From Psammoneis japonica (taxonomy: Eukaryota), in contig QPGO01000020.1 in assembly GCA_008632985.1 (NCBI GenBank), positions 496,001 to 560,000 on the forward strand: 64,000 nucleotides of DNA. The letters are read 5' to 3'. Below are positions 35,974 through 48,760 of this stretch, piece after piece. A program made the translations under genes and the position numbers. A model generated the notes under the pieces. It did not search any database, had not been told where the DNA came from, and saw nothing but the letters and a program-made list of their open reading frames with translations. Position 1 is the first letter of the stretch; each line of letters starts with the position of its first letter.

Positions 35974-37682
35974 AACCAGTTGTCCCTTCTTGTGGCTTCA
36001 TTTCTTGCAGAGTGTGGGTTGTCGACCACTGCACAGGACTTGAGCCTTGATTCATGTTTGTTGCCCAGATGCAAACAAGCACATCAAAGTTCAGAACATG
36101 GGCAGATTGCAAATTCATTTGTGTGCTCATTGCCTGGATTTGTCCAATGATGTTCTTAAAGTGCACACCAGTGGCAACCTTTGTTCACTGGCAACATTTC
36201 TGCAATGGCAACCCTGGTTCACGTGCGACATTTCTGCATTGCTCAGAATTTGACATCATCTGACCACTGTTCATTTGATTTTCTTTGTGTCAAAATGGAA
36301 ACAACACACTCAATGATTTGAGTTTTGGCCTCAAGTCAAACAACCTTTTTGGGTTGTGGGCTTGTCGTCATTCAGCCATGATCATGAAGTCTTTGCTGAC
36401 AAATGGACAAACTCACAGCTTGATTTTTTGCTTGTGTTCTGCAGCTGCTGCTTCTGTCAAACAAGATGCAAGAAAAGGCAGGTTGAGTCATCTCCAGATG
36501 CAGCAGAGTGGTGTGCAGGCACTGCAGCTCAGCTGCACAAGAGCTCTCAGCAAGCCACAGTTTTGAAAGCAAGGGTGCTTGCCATGGCCGCCACAATGCC
36601 AAAACTGTGTGTGCGATGATGAGAGCAGTGAGGTGGAGCAATGGAGCAGACAAAAGACAACATTGTTGAATGAAGCAAGAGAAAAAAGTGGTGGTCTGAA
36701 GAGCAGTGGTCAACAGAGTGAATGAGCTGGGAGAAGAATGAGCTCTCACACACAAAAATAAGATCCAACACTTCTGCACAAGTTGATCAAGTTTTGTGTG
36801 CACTTGCATGCTTTGGCAAAAGAACACAGAGTGCAGTGAAGAGCAGTTTTTGCCTTCGCCCTCCTCCTTGTTGTGTTTGTTGGTGCAGAGAAAAATCATG
36901 TGATCAATGGGCTCTTGCGGCAGAGCCTGTTGTTGGATGGGCTCAGGCAGTTGCTGCCAACTTCAGATCTGACAAGATTAAGAAGGTGGGCACACATTAG
37001 ATAACCCAGAAAACATTTCTTCACAATTATTCAAGCGTCACGGGCGTGCGGAAATTTGGAAGCAGGAAAAAGCATTAGATGCTTCTCCCGATGACGACGA
37101 CTAGTCAATCTTTTTGCTTGCCGATGTTACTTGCAAAAATTCCATTCGGTTCCGTTCCATGCTGGAGGAGTTTCTGCAAAGTCTCTGCAAGAATGATGAT
37201 GCTGGAGTAATGTAGATTGTGTGGCAATTCTCAACAGCGAACAAAACGAAGACTTGTTTTGCAGCGGAACGGTTCTTTACAAATTACTATGGCAATACAA
37301 GAATCGTACAGACTTATTAAGTGAGTGAGCTACCCCACTAGAGAGAGCATGGCTATATATTATATATTGTTGAAGCTCGGCATGATTTTTCATTACGTAC
37401 TCATTTCTCTTTGTGCCTTCGTTCCTACAAGATTTTTCTCGATAGTCCAAACGGTTGCGGTAGCTTGCACCAAGACGGGACCAAGGTGACTGATTTAGGA
37501 ATGCGTGTGCAATGGAAAATCGAACGGAAAACATTTGGTGAAACAGTGGCGACAAAACAAATCGGGCCTGACAATCCTACCTCGCATCGGTTGTGTCATT
37601 AGAAATACTTTAATTCCAAAATGCGAAAAGAAAGTTTTCAAGGGAGCAAGAGGCGAGTACGTATAAAACAAGCGCAAGACGA

Positions 37683-38913
37683 TCGATTTGTATTGGCAGT
37701 GTCCTTTCCAACTAGAACACCAAGACAACAACACATCCATTGCTGCCATTGAGATACTTCAGAATCTCGTACATTCCCGTGGACATGAAGCCAACCTCCG
37801 TTATCATGACGCAAGGCCTTGACAGCTGTTCTCCAACCGCCCTCTCTGCTCGGGAGTAGTCCAAGACTGACTCGATCAAACTTGTCGACCAGCTTATGCC
37901 GTCGAGCGATATGCCGACAATCCCCCACGTATACTGTTGCTCTATCCGCCACACCATTTTGTTGAAGGTTGTACTTTAGGGCAAACGCAGCATGTGGGTT
38001 CCACTCACAAGCAACAACGTGAGATGCCTTGCCCTTGATTAGGGCCGGAAGAGTATAATAACCAATACCAGCGTACATATCCAGCACCAAATCACCCTCT
38101 TGCACCAGTTCATTTCCAAATCGAATTTTCTCGGTGATATTGCCTCTGCTGAACATAACTCGCGTCAAATCAAAACTCTGTCGAATTCGCTGTTCCGTGA
38201 CTGTAATCCATCCCGGCGAACTGGGACCAACACAATCCGACGCGTCATCGACACTAGGCCAGAGTAAGACATGTCCACTCTCACGAATTGGACTGTTAGG
38301 GTCGACATCACCGCGGCGCACAACTCGGGGGCTGTCATACAGATTTGCCAACCGTCACAATATCTTAACCAGGGTCGTATTAACCCGAGGGTCGTCCCTG
38401 CCGTTGATTTTGGTACAGAACGCAATCAATGACAAGAATTCGCTGTCTCTTAAAAAAAAGGCACGTTGAGGTAGGACCAATGTTCTGTCGTCGCCCATAA
38501 GCTCAAGCTTTTTCGGACATGTGGAAACAGATAGCTTGCACATCGATCATTGTTTCCACCAGAGATTGCTGAGTTGTTGTCATTCCAGCATCGAAGCTAT
38601 GCAATACCGTCGTGGAATGCTACTTGCGGTTTCCCAACAGCGCCGTGCTGTCGCCCAGCGTTGCATCAAAGAGAATGCCAATTCAATAGAAACAGCTGTA
38701 ATGGCAATCAACCCAGAATAAGGTTGGGATAATTCGACTGAATCAGTATCGCTGTCGATCGAGATCCCAGGTCGTGGTGTCGACCTTTGTCATACGAAAG
38801 TCCTTACCGGTATGAAGCAAATCATGTTTCTCCAAAAAGATCTTGATCATTCGTTTGTCATTTTTGCGTTCGAAATACAAGACGCTTGGACGATTTGCCT
38901 GCTGATCTACCAT
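37683..38913 (-). pseudogene. TYW2: Inverted, internally deleted and 3'-truncated copy of the TYW2-like gene at 43746
   Basis: Near-identical to 43746-45059 in reverse complement; deletions/frameshifts in the 5' part; homology ends after KDTANTNR. Confidence 0.9.
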
Positions 38914-39333
38914 ACATAATTTCATAAGATACAAACGCAACAAAACAAACAAGCTGGAGAAGCGGCTACGCGGTCTCTGTGAAGAGTGAAGATCATCGTC
39001 GCAATAAGCGAGCTTGTCAGAGCTCCCAACTGGGCCAACTGGGCTGGGAGGATGCACGCGATACGCGCGATCGATGCTCCTTCGGTTGTCGTCTGTGAGT
39101 CTGTCCCAGCAAAACGCGATGCGCGCGGTGAATGCTGTAAAATATGTCCTAGCGTTTGTGACTCATTTTTTGTGCATTTTTGATACTGAGAAGAACGATT
39201 GGGAGTGATCTGTTTTTGACCGTTGGCATTCATTTTGATTTCGCGCCGCCGTCAGGCTCTCGTCCATCTCGCTCACTTCTGCTATGCTGTTCAAGTTTTG
39301 CTTGACCTCTGCACCCAGCAACAGAGAACGACC

Positions 39334-41567
39334 ATGGCCGGACCTGAAGGCTTGCTACTTACCAAGGGCAAGCGCAAATGGCGCGTTGGACGCCAGCTTG
39401 GCTCAGGTGCTTGTGGTACTGTACACGAGTTGAAGCCGAAGGACAGTACAGACAGAGACGACGAGATAGGGTACGTCGTGAAGATAGCTCCTGTCCCACC
39501 TGTCGCGGCAAACCCAAAAAAGAAGAAAACGGAAGCGCAAATGAACGCTGACCTCATGTACTACGAGAGCCTTGTGTACCATACACATCTCCCGTCGCTG
39601 CAGGGCAAGCTCATTCCTATGTTGCCTAGGAAAGACAAGTCGTCTCCTCCTTGCAACGGCGATGTCGATGGTAAGTCTTTTGTCAGGATCGGTACAGTAC
39701 TTGAAATCCCTATTGATTTGTTCAAGTCATCTCAACCATACCCTGAAACGCTCTATTAGGATATCGATTTCTCGTCATGGAGAGAATGGCTGGATCGCTT
39801 ATGGAAGCGGTTCCCTTGCTGATGAAGCAGCACAAGTCCAAGAAGAAGATTCCGTTTGGTCCCGTTGCTTGCGCACTCGTGACGTGCATTGAAGCTGTTC
39901 ACGATCAAAGGATGCTGTTTGTGGATGTCAAACCGGAGAACTTTATGCTTGCTCGCTCAGCCGTGACGCTAGAGAAGCGAATCCGAATGATTGATTTGGG
40001 ACTAGTCAAGCCAATCAGGGATACTTCGGGACAACACAAGCAGAATGAGGGCGGACAACTCGTTGGAACGCCTCTCTACTCCTCCCTCAATGCCCACCGA
40101 GGCGAGACGCTTAGCCGAAGAGATGATTTGGAAGCTCTCGGATACCTTATTGCTGAGCTACTCCTTGTTTTACTCCAGCAAGCTGTCCGTGGCTCCAAGT
40201 CGAAAAGCGAAGAAGTCTTTCCGTGGAGCAACGGGAAATCGGAAGACGATATTTTCCGTATCAAGCAAGCGCAAGTGACGGATCCAAAGTCAGATTTCTA
40301 CGCAAGTTTGAGTGTAGGTGGTAATGAGCATATCGCTAAATGCTTATGGTCGTATCTCAGTGAGATCTGGACTATCGGTTTCAAGAAGAAACCAGACTAC
40401 GGCTCGCTCAAATTTCATCTCAAGGGTTTGGACGTGCTCGTTGGAGCCAAGGCCTCCCTGAAGAATAACCCAAAGCGCGCTTCTGGACGTGCCGGCATTG
40501 CTACCGCCCCTATCAATGTAGATAGTGATTCAGAACCAGAGGAATCTGCCGCTAGGGTGACGCGACCTCGACGAGCTGCCAAGCGATCCTCTGGTCAAGA
40601 TCGCAGTTCCGAGCCTTCCAAATCTCGTCGCGTCGAGAAAGACGATAATAGCGAAGCTGAGGTGATCGCCATGGATATTTCAGATGAGGAAGAATCTAAA
40701 GATGTTGGCATGGAACTGGAAGAAGTCTCTGACGAGAACAATGCCCCTTCAAGTAACGCTGCCTCGGCTTCCGAATGCGGCGTCCTTCTTTTGGTATCCG
40801 AAGGACCGCATCTTGGCGAAACCTTTGTTCTTCAGTCCGGTACTACCGACACTGTTGTCCTCGGAAGCAACCCCCGATCCAGAAACGGAGGAAGATTCGT
40901 CTTGTCAAATGATTCCGACTTGGAGGCTTCTCATGTCAAGCTTGTTCTTGCTGCCGCCAAGAAAGTCTGTTCCGTTCGAGTCGTCGATCTCAAGTCTGGC
41001 GGAAGTACCTACGTGAATAGCACAAAGGTGGCGAAAGGAAAAGAACACCGGGCATTCATCAACGATGAAATTCACATTGGAGACACGACGCTAAAGATTC
41101 AACCCCTCAAGGCTGCTGCCGGGAAGCCGAGATCGAACCAAACGAAAGCGAAGAAAACTGCAGGTACACGGGCATCGTCGAAAAGCACGGCAAACAAGAA
41201 CCAATCATCTGCGACCAAGGTCAAGTCCGGTGGTCCCGGAGTCCGTCTCGTATTTATCGAGGGTCCGCACAAGGAGGAAGTGTACTCGCTCACACAGGGC
41301 GAGGTTGAAACAGTTGTGCTTGGGACCAATCCGAAAGTAAAGTCTGCTGAAACTTTTTGTCTTGCCGATGATGAGGCCGACGCATCGCATGTCAAGTTGG
41401 AACTTGTCGCAAGCAAGAACATGATCTCCGTACAAGTAACCGACTTGAAATCTCAGACTGGTACGTTTGTCAACGGGAAGCAGATTCCAAAGGGAAAGTT
41501 TCGCCGTGTCTTTATGAATGACACGATCCAGGTGGGAGATTCCGTCATCAAGGTCAGCCCCCTTTGA
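39334..41567 (+). CDS. Casein kinase 1/VRK-type protein kinase with two C-terminal FHA-like domains (exons 39334-39670, 39760-41567)
   Basis: LGSGACGTV, YVVK, GYRFLVMER across a GT-AG intron, DVKPENFM, IDLGL, GTPLYSS, SRRDDLEALGY; two EGPH..F.L...V.LG.NP..ASHVKL..DLKS..TYVN/TFVN repeats. Confidence 0.9.
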
Positions 41568-42829
41568 GGCAAGAATCTACCTTCGATGACTCGGCAGCGA
41601 CGGAAGGATCCGTTGGCGGTCAACTTACATATGTAACGGAATGCTATACAGTAGTACATACGGTATATAGTAGCCATTTTTCTCTCATACTTATTATGCT
41701 TGAGTCATCATCCCACCACTTTGTTACGCTGATGCCTTCTACCAAGAATCATGGGGCTACTCTAGTAGGAGGAAATCGCAAACCCTGAGAGACGCGGGCA
41801 GCTATTTACCTTGTCGTATAATTGTGCGCCACACCATGTGGTTGACATCTTATACTCACTACCGGTAGCAGAATTCATCAGTGGTTGTAACGTACAGATG
41901 ACACAGTGTCGGTAACGAAAATGAAAGGGAGTGACGAAAACGGGGTGCTTACTATACACTTGCATCATGCCTTAGGTTTTCTTCCACCATCGGTTTCGAT
42001 CCACTTCTCAGCGGCCTCGATGTTGGCCTTGCTGTGGGAGTTGCATTCTTCCACAAAAAAAACTTTATCTCAAAGCTGTCCGTTCTAGACTTAGTTACCA
42101 CACGGAGGACCTGGGGTGAAAGGAGTAGACATCATGCTCCGATGCGTCCATGGTCAGTGCTGTCACGTCCGTAATATGTTGCAGCAGGAGTCCCTCTCCA
42201 TAAATTTCAACGAACGTGGGAAACAACAGGCGGCTGTAGGCCCCAATCAGTTTCCCATCGTCCACCAAGTTCTGAAGAAATGTATCCATGGCTTTTTTCT
42301 CTAGAGTATAGTCGGACGAGAGCGCATGTGCAAGTTTTCGAGGATACCCGGGAGCCTTTTTGCAGAGCGACTTGGTGAGACACCGAGTGGGTTGAACTAC
42401 CTGAATCGATTCTGAACATAGATCCAGCATGGCAGCGCCTGTAGGTCCTCCTGTACCATAAGAACCGTCCAATCTTGAAATCAACACGTCTCATGGGTGC
42501 AGTGCAACAGCATCGGGGTAGACGGCGAAGCCATGGTTCAATGACAACCCCAAGAGGGTGTCTGCCGCGATTTCCATAAAAACAGAACAAGTGTCAGCTT
42601 TCATCCACACATCTCACAATGATGCCAAGTCACCTCGTTCTTTAAACTCAAACACAGTGTCAGAGAAACAGCAAGCACAGCAACACGACAAAGAAGAGTG
42701 CTGAACTTCGTGGGACGACATTGTCTTTGGGTCAACCCACACGGTCTAAAACAAGGTCGTGAATCGGATCTTGCGTCAGGACGAGACGAGACAATGCCTT
42801 TCGAGAGAAGAACCTACTGAAGATACGAA

Positions 42830-43220
42830 ATGAATGAATAAACATCAAGGTATGGGTCGGTGTTAGTCGCAAAATGCCGATACGAGACCACACGATTGCG
42901 ACCGATATTCGTCGCCCCAGATCAAACACACAGCATACACAAGACAGGGGACATTTTTCGTCTCTATAATAAAGAGATACCGGCAATGATACGCAACAGA
43001 GCAGGTGTATTGAACGAATAAACATCGAAGTATGGGTCGTGACAATTTCCTATTTTGCGGTGTTTCCAGTCAATGTGATGTTGCAACATTTCTCGACAAA
43101 AATCAAACACACAGCATACCCAAGACAGATTATACTTCTCTCAACTATGATAAAGAGACACCAGCAATGGTCGGCAACAGAGGAGGTGCAATGAACGAAT
43201 AAACATTAAAGTATGGGTTT
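42830..43220 (+). repeat. Imperfect ~180-bp tandem repeat (2+ copies)
   Basis: gaataaacat..agtatgggt three times; atcaaacacacagcatac.caagacag and ataaagaga.acc.gcaatg..gcaacagag twice. Confidence 0.8.
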
Positions 43221-43745
43221 GCCGCTCAGAAATGGCTGACAACAGCGAAACGACCCACATTTTGATTTATACACAACGACAACGCCGTTTCTCGCCAAAC
43301 CAAGGGCCTTACCTAACAATAAGGACTCATAAAAGTAGCAGCCGTGTCTTCAATGAACGAAAACGATCAAGAATAGCTCAAGCAAGGCGAGTGTGTGTCG
43401 GTGCTGCGCTCTTCATCTCCGATCTCCGCAAGCAAAGCAGAACCTCAAAACAAAAAACAGCGAAAGTCTGTCCGCGCTCCCACGTCGCGACAAAAAAACA
43501 ATACTGTATTCAAGCACAGATAAAGCTTGAATGTATGATGCGATTTATATTTTTATCGAGATTTGACATCATGCTTTGCCTTGCGGTGCGGCCAAGGGTG
43601 CGTGCGGCACCACGAGGTGGTGTGCACATGCTGAGCCTGTGTGTAAAACGTCGCGTCGCTATCGCAGTGACTCGTTCGTCGATGAGCCTGATATCTCATA
43701 TGGTGGGAATCAACGACCAGCATTCTCAAATCATCGAATATTGAC

Positions 43746-45308
43746 ATGATAGATCAGCAGGCAAATCGTCCAAGCGTCTTGTATGTCGAAAGCAAGAATG
43801 CCAAACGAATCAAGATCTTTCTGGAGAAACATGATTTGCTTCATAAGGACTTTCGTATGACAAAGATCGACACCACGACCTGGGATCTGGACAGCGATAC
43901 TGATCCAGCCGAATTATCAAAACGTTCTTCTGGGTTGATTGCTGTTCCAGTCGCATCTATTGAATCAGTATTCTCTGTGATAGAAGAGAATGCCGACTGC
44001 AAAAGCATAGTGGTTGCCACTGGGCGACAGGTTTGCCCGTACAGCACGGCGGTGTTGGGAAACCACAAGAAGCTTTCCACGACAGTAGTGCATAGCAGTG
44101 AGGCTGGAATGACAAGAACTCAGCAAGCGCTTATGGAGGCAATGCTCGATGTTCAAGCTAGGAACAACTCAAGCAAGCAAGATGATTTGATACAAAGAAT
44201 TACGAAGTTATCTGTTTCCACATGTCCTAAAAAGCTTGAGCTTCTGGGCGACGACAGAACATTGGTCCTACCTCAACGTGCCTTTTCTTTAAGAGACAGC
44301 GAATTCTTGTCATTGATTACGTTCTGTACCAAAATAAACGACAGGGACGACCCTCGGGTTGATGCGACCCTAACTGAGATATGGCGACAGTTGGCACATC
44401 TGTATGACAGCCCCCGAGTCGTGCGCCGCGGTGATATAGACCCTAATAGTCCAATTCGTGAGAGTGGGCATGTCTTACTCTGGCCTAGTGTCGATGACGC
44501 GTCGGATTGTTATGGTCCCAGTTCCCCTGGATGGATTACAGTCGCGGAACAGCGAATTCGACAGAGCTTTGATTTGACGCGAGTTATGTTCAGCAGAGGC
44601 AATATCACCGAGAAAATTCGATTTGGAAATGATCTGGTACAAGAGGGTGATTTGGTGCTGGATATGTACGCTGGTATTGGTTATTATACTCTTCCGGCCC
44701 TAATCAAGGGCAAGGCATCTCACGTTGTTGCTTGTGAGTGGAACCCACATGCTGCGTTTGCCCTAAAGTACAACCTTCAACAAAATGGTGTGGCGGATAG
44801 AGCAACAGTATACGTGGGGGATTGTCGGCATATCGCTCGACAACATGAGCTGGTCGACAAGTTTGATCGAGTCAGTCTTGGACTACTCCCGAGCAGCGAG
44901 GGCGGTTGGAGAACAGCTGTCAGGGCCTTGCGTCATGATACCGGAGGTTGGCTTCATGTCCACGGGAATGTACGAGATTCTGAAGTATCTCAATGGCAGC
45001 AATGGATGTGTTGTTGTCTTGGCGTTCTAGTTGGCAAGGACACTGCCAATCCAAATCGAGATGAGTGGATTATTCTTTGCAACCATGTTGAGAGGGTCAA
45101 GTCATACGCCCCCAAAATCCACCATTATGTAGCAGATATGTGGCTGGGACCGCCCAGAGAAGCTGTGAGAATAGACGCAGGTAACCACAAGCTATGGATC
45201 GCTCGAGATGGATGTTTTGTCCCTTGCCCCACTGAAGTCGAAAGCCCATCGTGTGCAATTAGTGCCTCCGGTGTATTGAACCAGAGTTGGATGATGGATT
45301 GCGGATAG
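43746..45308 (+). CDS. TYW2: tRNA wybutosine-synthesizing protein 2-like (Trm5/TYW2, Met-10+ family SAM-dependent transferase)
   Basis: GWITVAEQ.I..SFDLTRVMFSRGNITEK.R, VLDMYAGIGYYTLP, ACEWNPHA, DRVSLGLLPSSE.GW, GGWLHVHGNV, VKSYAP...HYVAD; the 5' end could have an upstream exon. Confidence 0.88.
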   Translation: MIDQQANRPSVLYVESKNAKRIKIFLEKHDLLHKDFRMTKIDTTTWDLDSDTDPAELSKRSSGLIAVPVASIESVFSVIEENADCKSIVVATGRQVCPYSTAVLGNHKKLSTTVVHSSEAGMTRTQQALMEAMLDVQARNNSSKQDDLIQRITKLSVSTCPKKLELLGDDRTLVLPQRAFSLRDSEFLSLITFCTKINDRDDPRVDATLTEIWRQLAHLYDSPRVVRRGDIDPNSPIRESGHVLLWPSVDDASDCYGPSSPGWITVAEQRIRQSFDLTRVMFSRGNITEKIRFGNDLVQEGDLVLDMYAGIGYYTLPALIKGKASHVVACEWNPHAAFALKYNLQQNGVADRATVYVGDCRHIARQHELVDKFDRVSLGLLPSSEGGWRTAVRALRHDTGGWLHVHGNVRDSEVSQWQQWMCCCLGVLVGKDTANPNRDEWIILCNHVERVKSYAPKIHHYVADMWLGPPREAVRIDAGNHKLWIARDGCFVPCPTEVESPSCAISASGVLNQSWMMDCG

Positions 45309-46099
45309 GTATGTTTTGCGTTCAATGCTTGGAATTCCCTGTCTAGCTAGATATCGGGCAGTTCAAGCTCGGCTCATTTGGGAAGTCTAGGTAGCTAGCC
45401 GCTCTGGTCGCCAGCTAGAGAGAGGGTAGCCCAATTGCCGGCGAGAGCTGCTACAGTAGGCTGGTGGAAAGAGCTAAAAGTTCTGTTGTACGAGCTCGTC
45501 GAATTCTTTTGCAAGAAAGCGCTCAACGCAGTCAAAGGGTATACTTCCAGTATTGGATCTAAGAAAGACCTTTTGACGTTGCTGGCTAATGTTAATATTG
45601 GAGAAGTTGTTTGTGCCGCTGACAAGATCGCTGGTATTGTGTTCTATCTTCTCTTCGCGTTGGAACCAAGAGAGCACCAGCAAGAAACATTGGCGGAGAA
45701 GAGCTTGAGGTACCAGGGGTTTCACGGTGTTGGCGGCGGTGGAAGTCCATCTTATCCCAACGATGCGCCAGTTCCAATTCGCAAAAGATCTAAACTCCAG
45801 CGGCTATTGCTAAATTGAAGAGCAGCGAAAATGACAAATCGAAGAAATGATGTGACGATATAACGGAAACTGCAAATCATTAGACCTTACAGGGGACTGT
45901 TGCCCGACAACTGCTGGCGTCATGCTAGCTAAGATAAAAGAGAATACCAGCATCTCATCTCTCTATTGTTTATAGTCCGTGTCAAATCTTTCAATTGGTC
46001 AGAGAAACTGCCTCCAGTGGAGCACAGATTGCTCACTACAACACACACTTTTTCACATTTACCCTCTCTTTCACATCATGCTAAGAATGAATCATCCTG

Positions 46100-48340
46100 C
46101 TTGACCCGCCGCCCCGCCCACGGACGCAGAGGTTGTGCTTCACGGTTGAAAGGCAGACAAACAAACAAACCATGTCGGCCGGCGCGTCCCTGACAGATGG
46201 AATGCAGTTTCAAGTGAATGAAGGCTCGTTGGGACTGCACTCACAACACCCTTGTTTGACCATTGTTCACCTCTGAGAAGTGGTCTTGGGCTTCTTTGTG
46301 GCAGAACAATTGTTCACCTCTGAGAAGTGGTCCTGGGCTTCTTTGTGGCAGGACAAAGGAGAGTTGATGAAGAGGAGGGCTGCTGGTGCTCTTTTTTTTG
46401 AGGAGGTGGTCAGTTTGTGCTCACAAAGCTGTGGCAAGGTGTGTGCACTGTGAGAAATTGAAAATGACACAGGGGAAAACAAACAGGTCATGAGATTTTT
46501 TCAAAATCACAGCAGTGCCCTTGGCCCTTGCAAACATGGCCCAGCAATTGTGTCGTGAGAGAGAAGCGCAAGATTCCAAGCAGCCAAATCAGCCTTGCCC
46601 TTGCATTTGGACAAATCTTTTCACCATCAATTCTGACCTGTCTGGTGATGCTGGCTGTGACACCTTTGTGATTGCTGCTGCACATCCAGACATGCAAGCC
46701 CACTCTGTCAAGAGCTGCAACAGTTGAGCCTCTGGGGCAGAACACGCCTCTGTGCCCTCTGTTGTCATCCGCAGCATCCAGTGCATGACACTCACATGCA
46801 AACCCTAACTTGGCTGAGTCTGCCAAGATCCACTGCTTCCTTTGGATGTTGCTGACAACTGCACCTTTTTGCTTGGTTTGGTGTCATCCAATGTTGTCTC
46901 ACTGACAAAATGCACTTCCTGTTGCCGAACAAACCTGACAGCACACCACACACCCCAGGTGGCCTTGTGACCCAAACATTCAACACCTGAGGCTGGCACA
47001 ATGACAGAATCTGTTGCCAGTGCTCCCTCCTTGCTGGACAAGTCAGACTTGCCACCAACATTTGCTCCACACTGGACAACTTCTGTGAACTGCACACCAC
47101 AGAACAAAGGGCAAGTTTACCCTCCCCCCTGGGCCCACCACCATGCCAGCATGCCAAGCCCACTTCAGGCACTCCAATGCAAGCTGAAGCCATCCAAGCA
47201 AACTGCCCTGAGCTGAACAGACAATGCTGGCACCCTCTGTTGCAAAAGCAAGCAATCTGCCACCACTGGTGTCATCAAGCAAGCTCCTGAGCTCCTGCAC
47301 TTCCAAGCAACATCCCCAGCACTCCTTCTGTTGGCTGCTGCCTGTTGCAGCATGATGGCTGCCTGGCACCAGGGCCCGCTGACACTGTCATCAATGATGC
47401 ACCCCAACTTCAGCCATTGTGCGATGTTGCCTTTTTGCATGATTTTCACAATCATTGTCTGCCGGCTCTGTCCAACATCACAACTTTCTCTGCATTGCAC
47501 AAAATGCCATTGCCCATGGAGTTGCCTCTTCTGCTGCCTCCTCCTCTGGCACACGCTGCACACCAACATTTTCTTGGTGCTTGGACCTGCCAACCTTGGG
47601 CCAGCACCCCCGCCAGGCCAACTTTGCATTTGGCTCTTTGGCCATGAGACCAACATCAATTTAACAAAATGCTCTGCTGCTTGCACCTTCAGGTGGAGCC
47701 AGCTGTGTGCAAGAACTTTGCTTGCTGCATCCTCGTTGGCGGCAGTTTTGCTTTTCTCCCCAATGCCCAGGTTCCGCCCACCACCAAGCCAAGAGCCTCC
47801 TCTCAACCATCATGTGTGTCTCAGCACTGCTGTGCTGGTGTGTGCCTTGCACTGCAGTGCATGTGCGTGTCACTGGAGCAGCCACACCACTCTAGATTTG
47901 GAGTGGAAAGGGACCAGCATTGTCAGCAAAGTCTTTCCATCCTTGCAATCTCAGCTCCCAAAGATTGTTTGCATGCCCAGATCAGAGCTGCAAGAGGTTG
48001 AACAAAGTGAAGCCAGTTTCTGGCCTCATCAAGACACCAGACAAAGGGAGATGCTTCTCATTGCCAGTTGAGCTTGCAGCCCCTGGCACCCCCCTCATCA
48101 CCAATTGACTGTGAGAGCAAGTTGGAAAACCAGCGCTGTCACTGCTCTCTCTCTCCTCTCTCTCTCTCACTCTTCTTTGGAAAAGCTTCTGAGCAGCAAG
48201 AAAGTCCAGCGGACAGGCCAAAAGTGCTCCCACCTCCTCTCACTCCCTCTGGCCATGCCATTCCAGCATGGGAATGGAAAGGGACCAACCACGTCAGCAA
48301 AGTCTTCCCATCCCTGCAAGCTCAGTTTCCTTGCGTGCAA
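46100..48340. other. TpA- and CpG-depleted decayed repeat block, with a 47-bp tandem repeat (46262-46356) and ~60-bp direct repeats (~47898 and ~48270)
   Basis: Composition and repeats read directly. Confidence 0.75.
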
Positions 48341-48760
48341 TTTCTACTCTCGCCACTGCTCTAGAGAGACCCAGATCACGGAAGAGGTCGAACGGTGGCA
48401 AACACGAAAGCGACGCCATTCGCTTTAAATGACTTCTTGAAACGCGCACTCATGCCGGTAATCCAACCCACACATCATCGCGAAGCAGCGCTGTCGCGCG
48501 TTCCACCCCGCCACTCCGCCCCGCCCATGCCAAGCAACAAAGATAGGCCCTACAGATCTCGAATCATCATCGCATTCATCGCATCTCGTCGATAAATTAC
48601 ACCCCGCTCATGTCATTGATTTGACGACGGGTAAACAACACTGACGGCGCAAAACTACCCTCCTGGCTGAGGCTGATCGACCGTCAATGCTTGCCGTAAA
48701 GATTGAAAACAGGCTGCTGGTTCAGAAGAGATATCTGGTGAAGGTACAAGCACCAACAAC

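Larger units (their letters stand above)
30020..36970. other. ~7 kb heavily decayed repeat/TE remnant depleted of both TpA and CpG
   Basis: Only a handful of TA found by eye (e.g. 32120, 35157, 36759); extreme TG/CA excess; internal duplications. Confidence 0.8.

Noticed and set aside
30020..36970. Dozens of overlapping 60-290 aa Cys/His/Gln-rich ORFs on both strands (also 22400-24300, 46200-48400, 56000-59700)
   Set aside because: A by-product of TpA loss, which removes TAA/TAG stops; no domains and no Tyr
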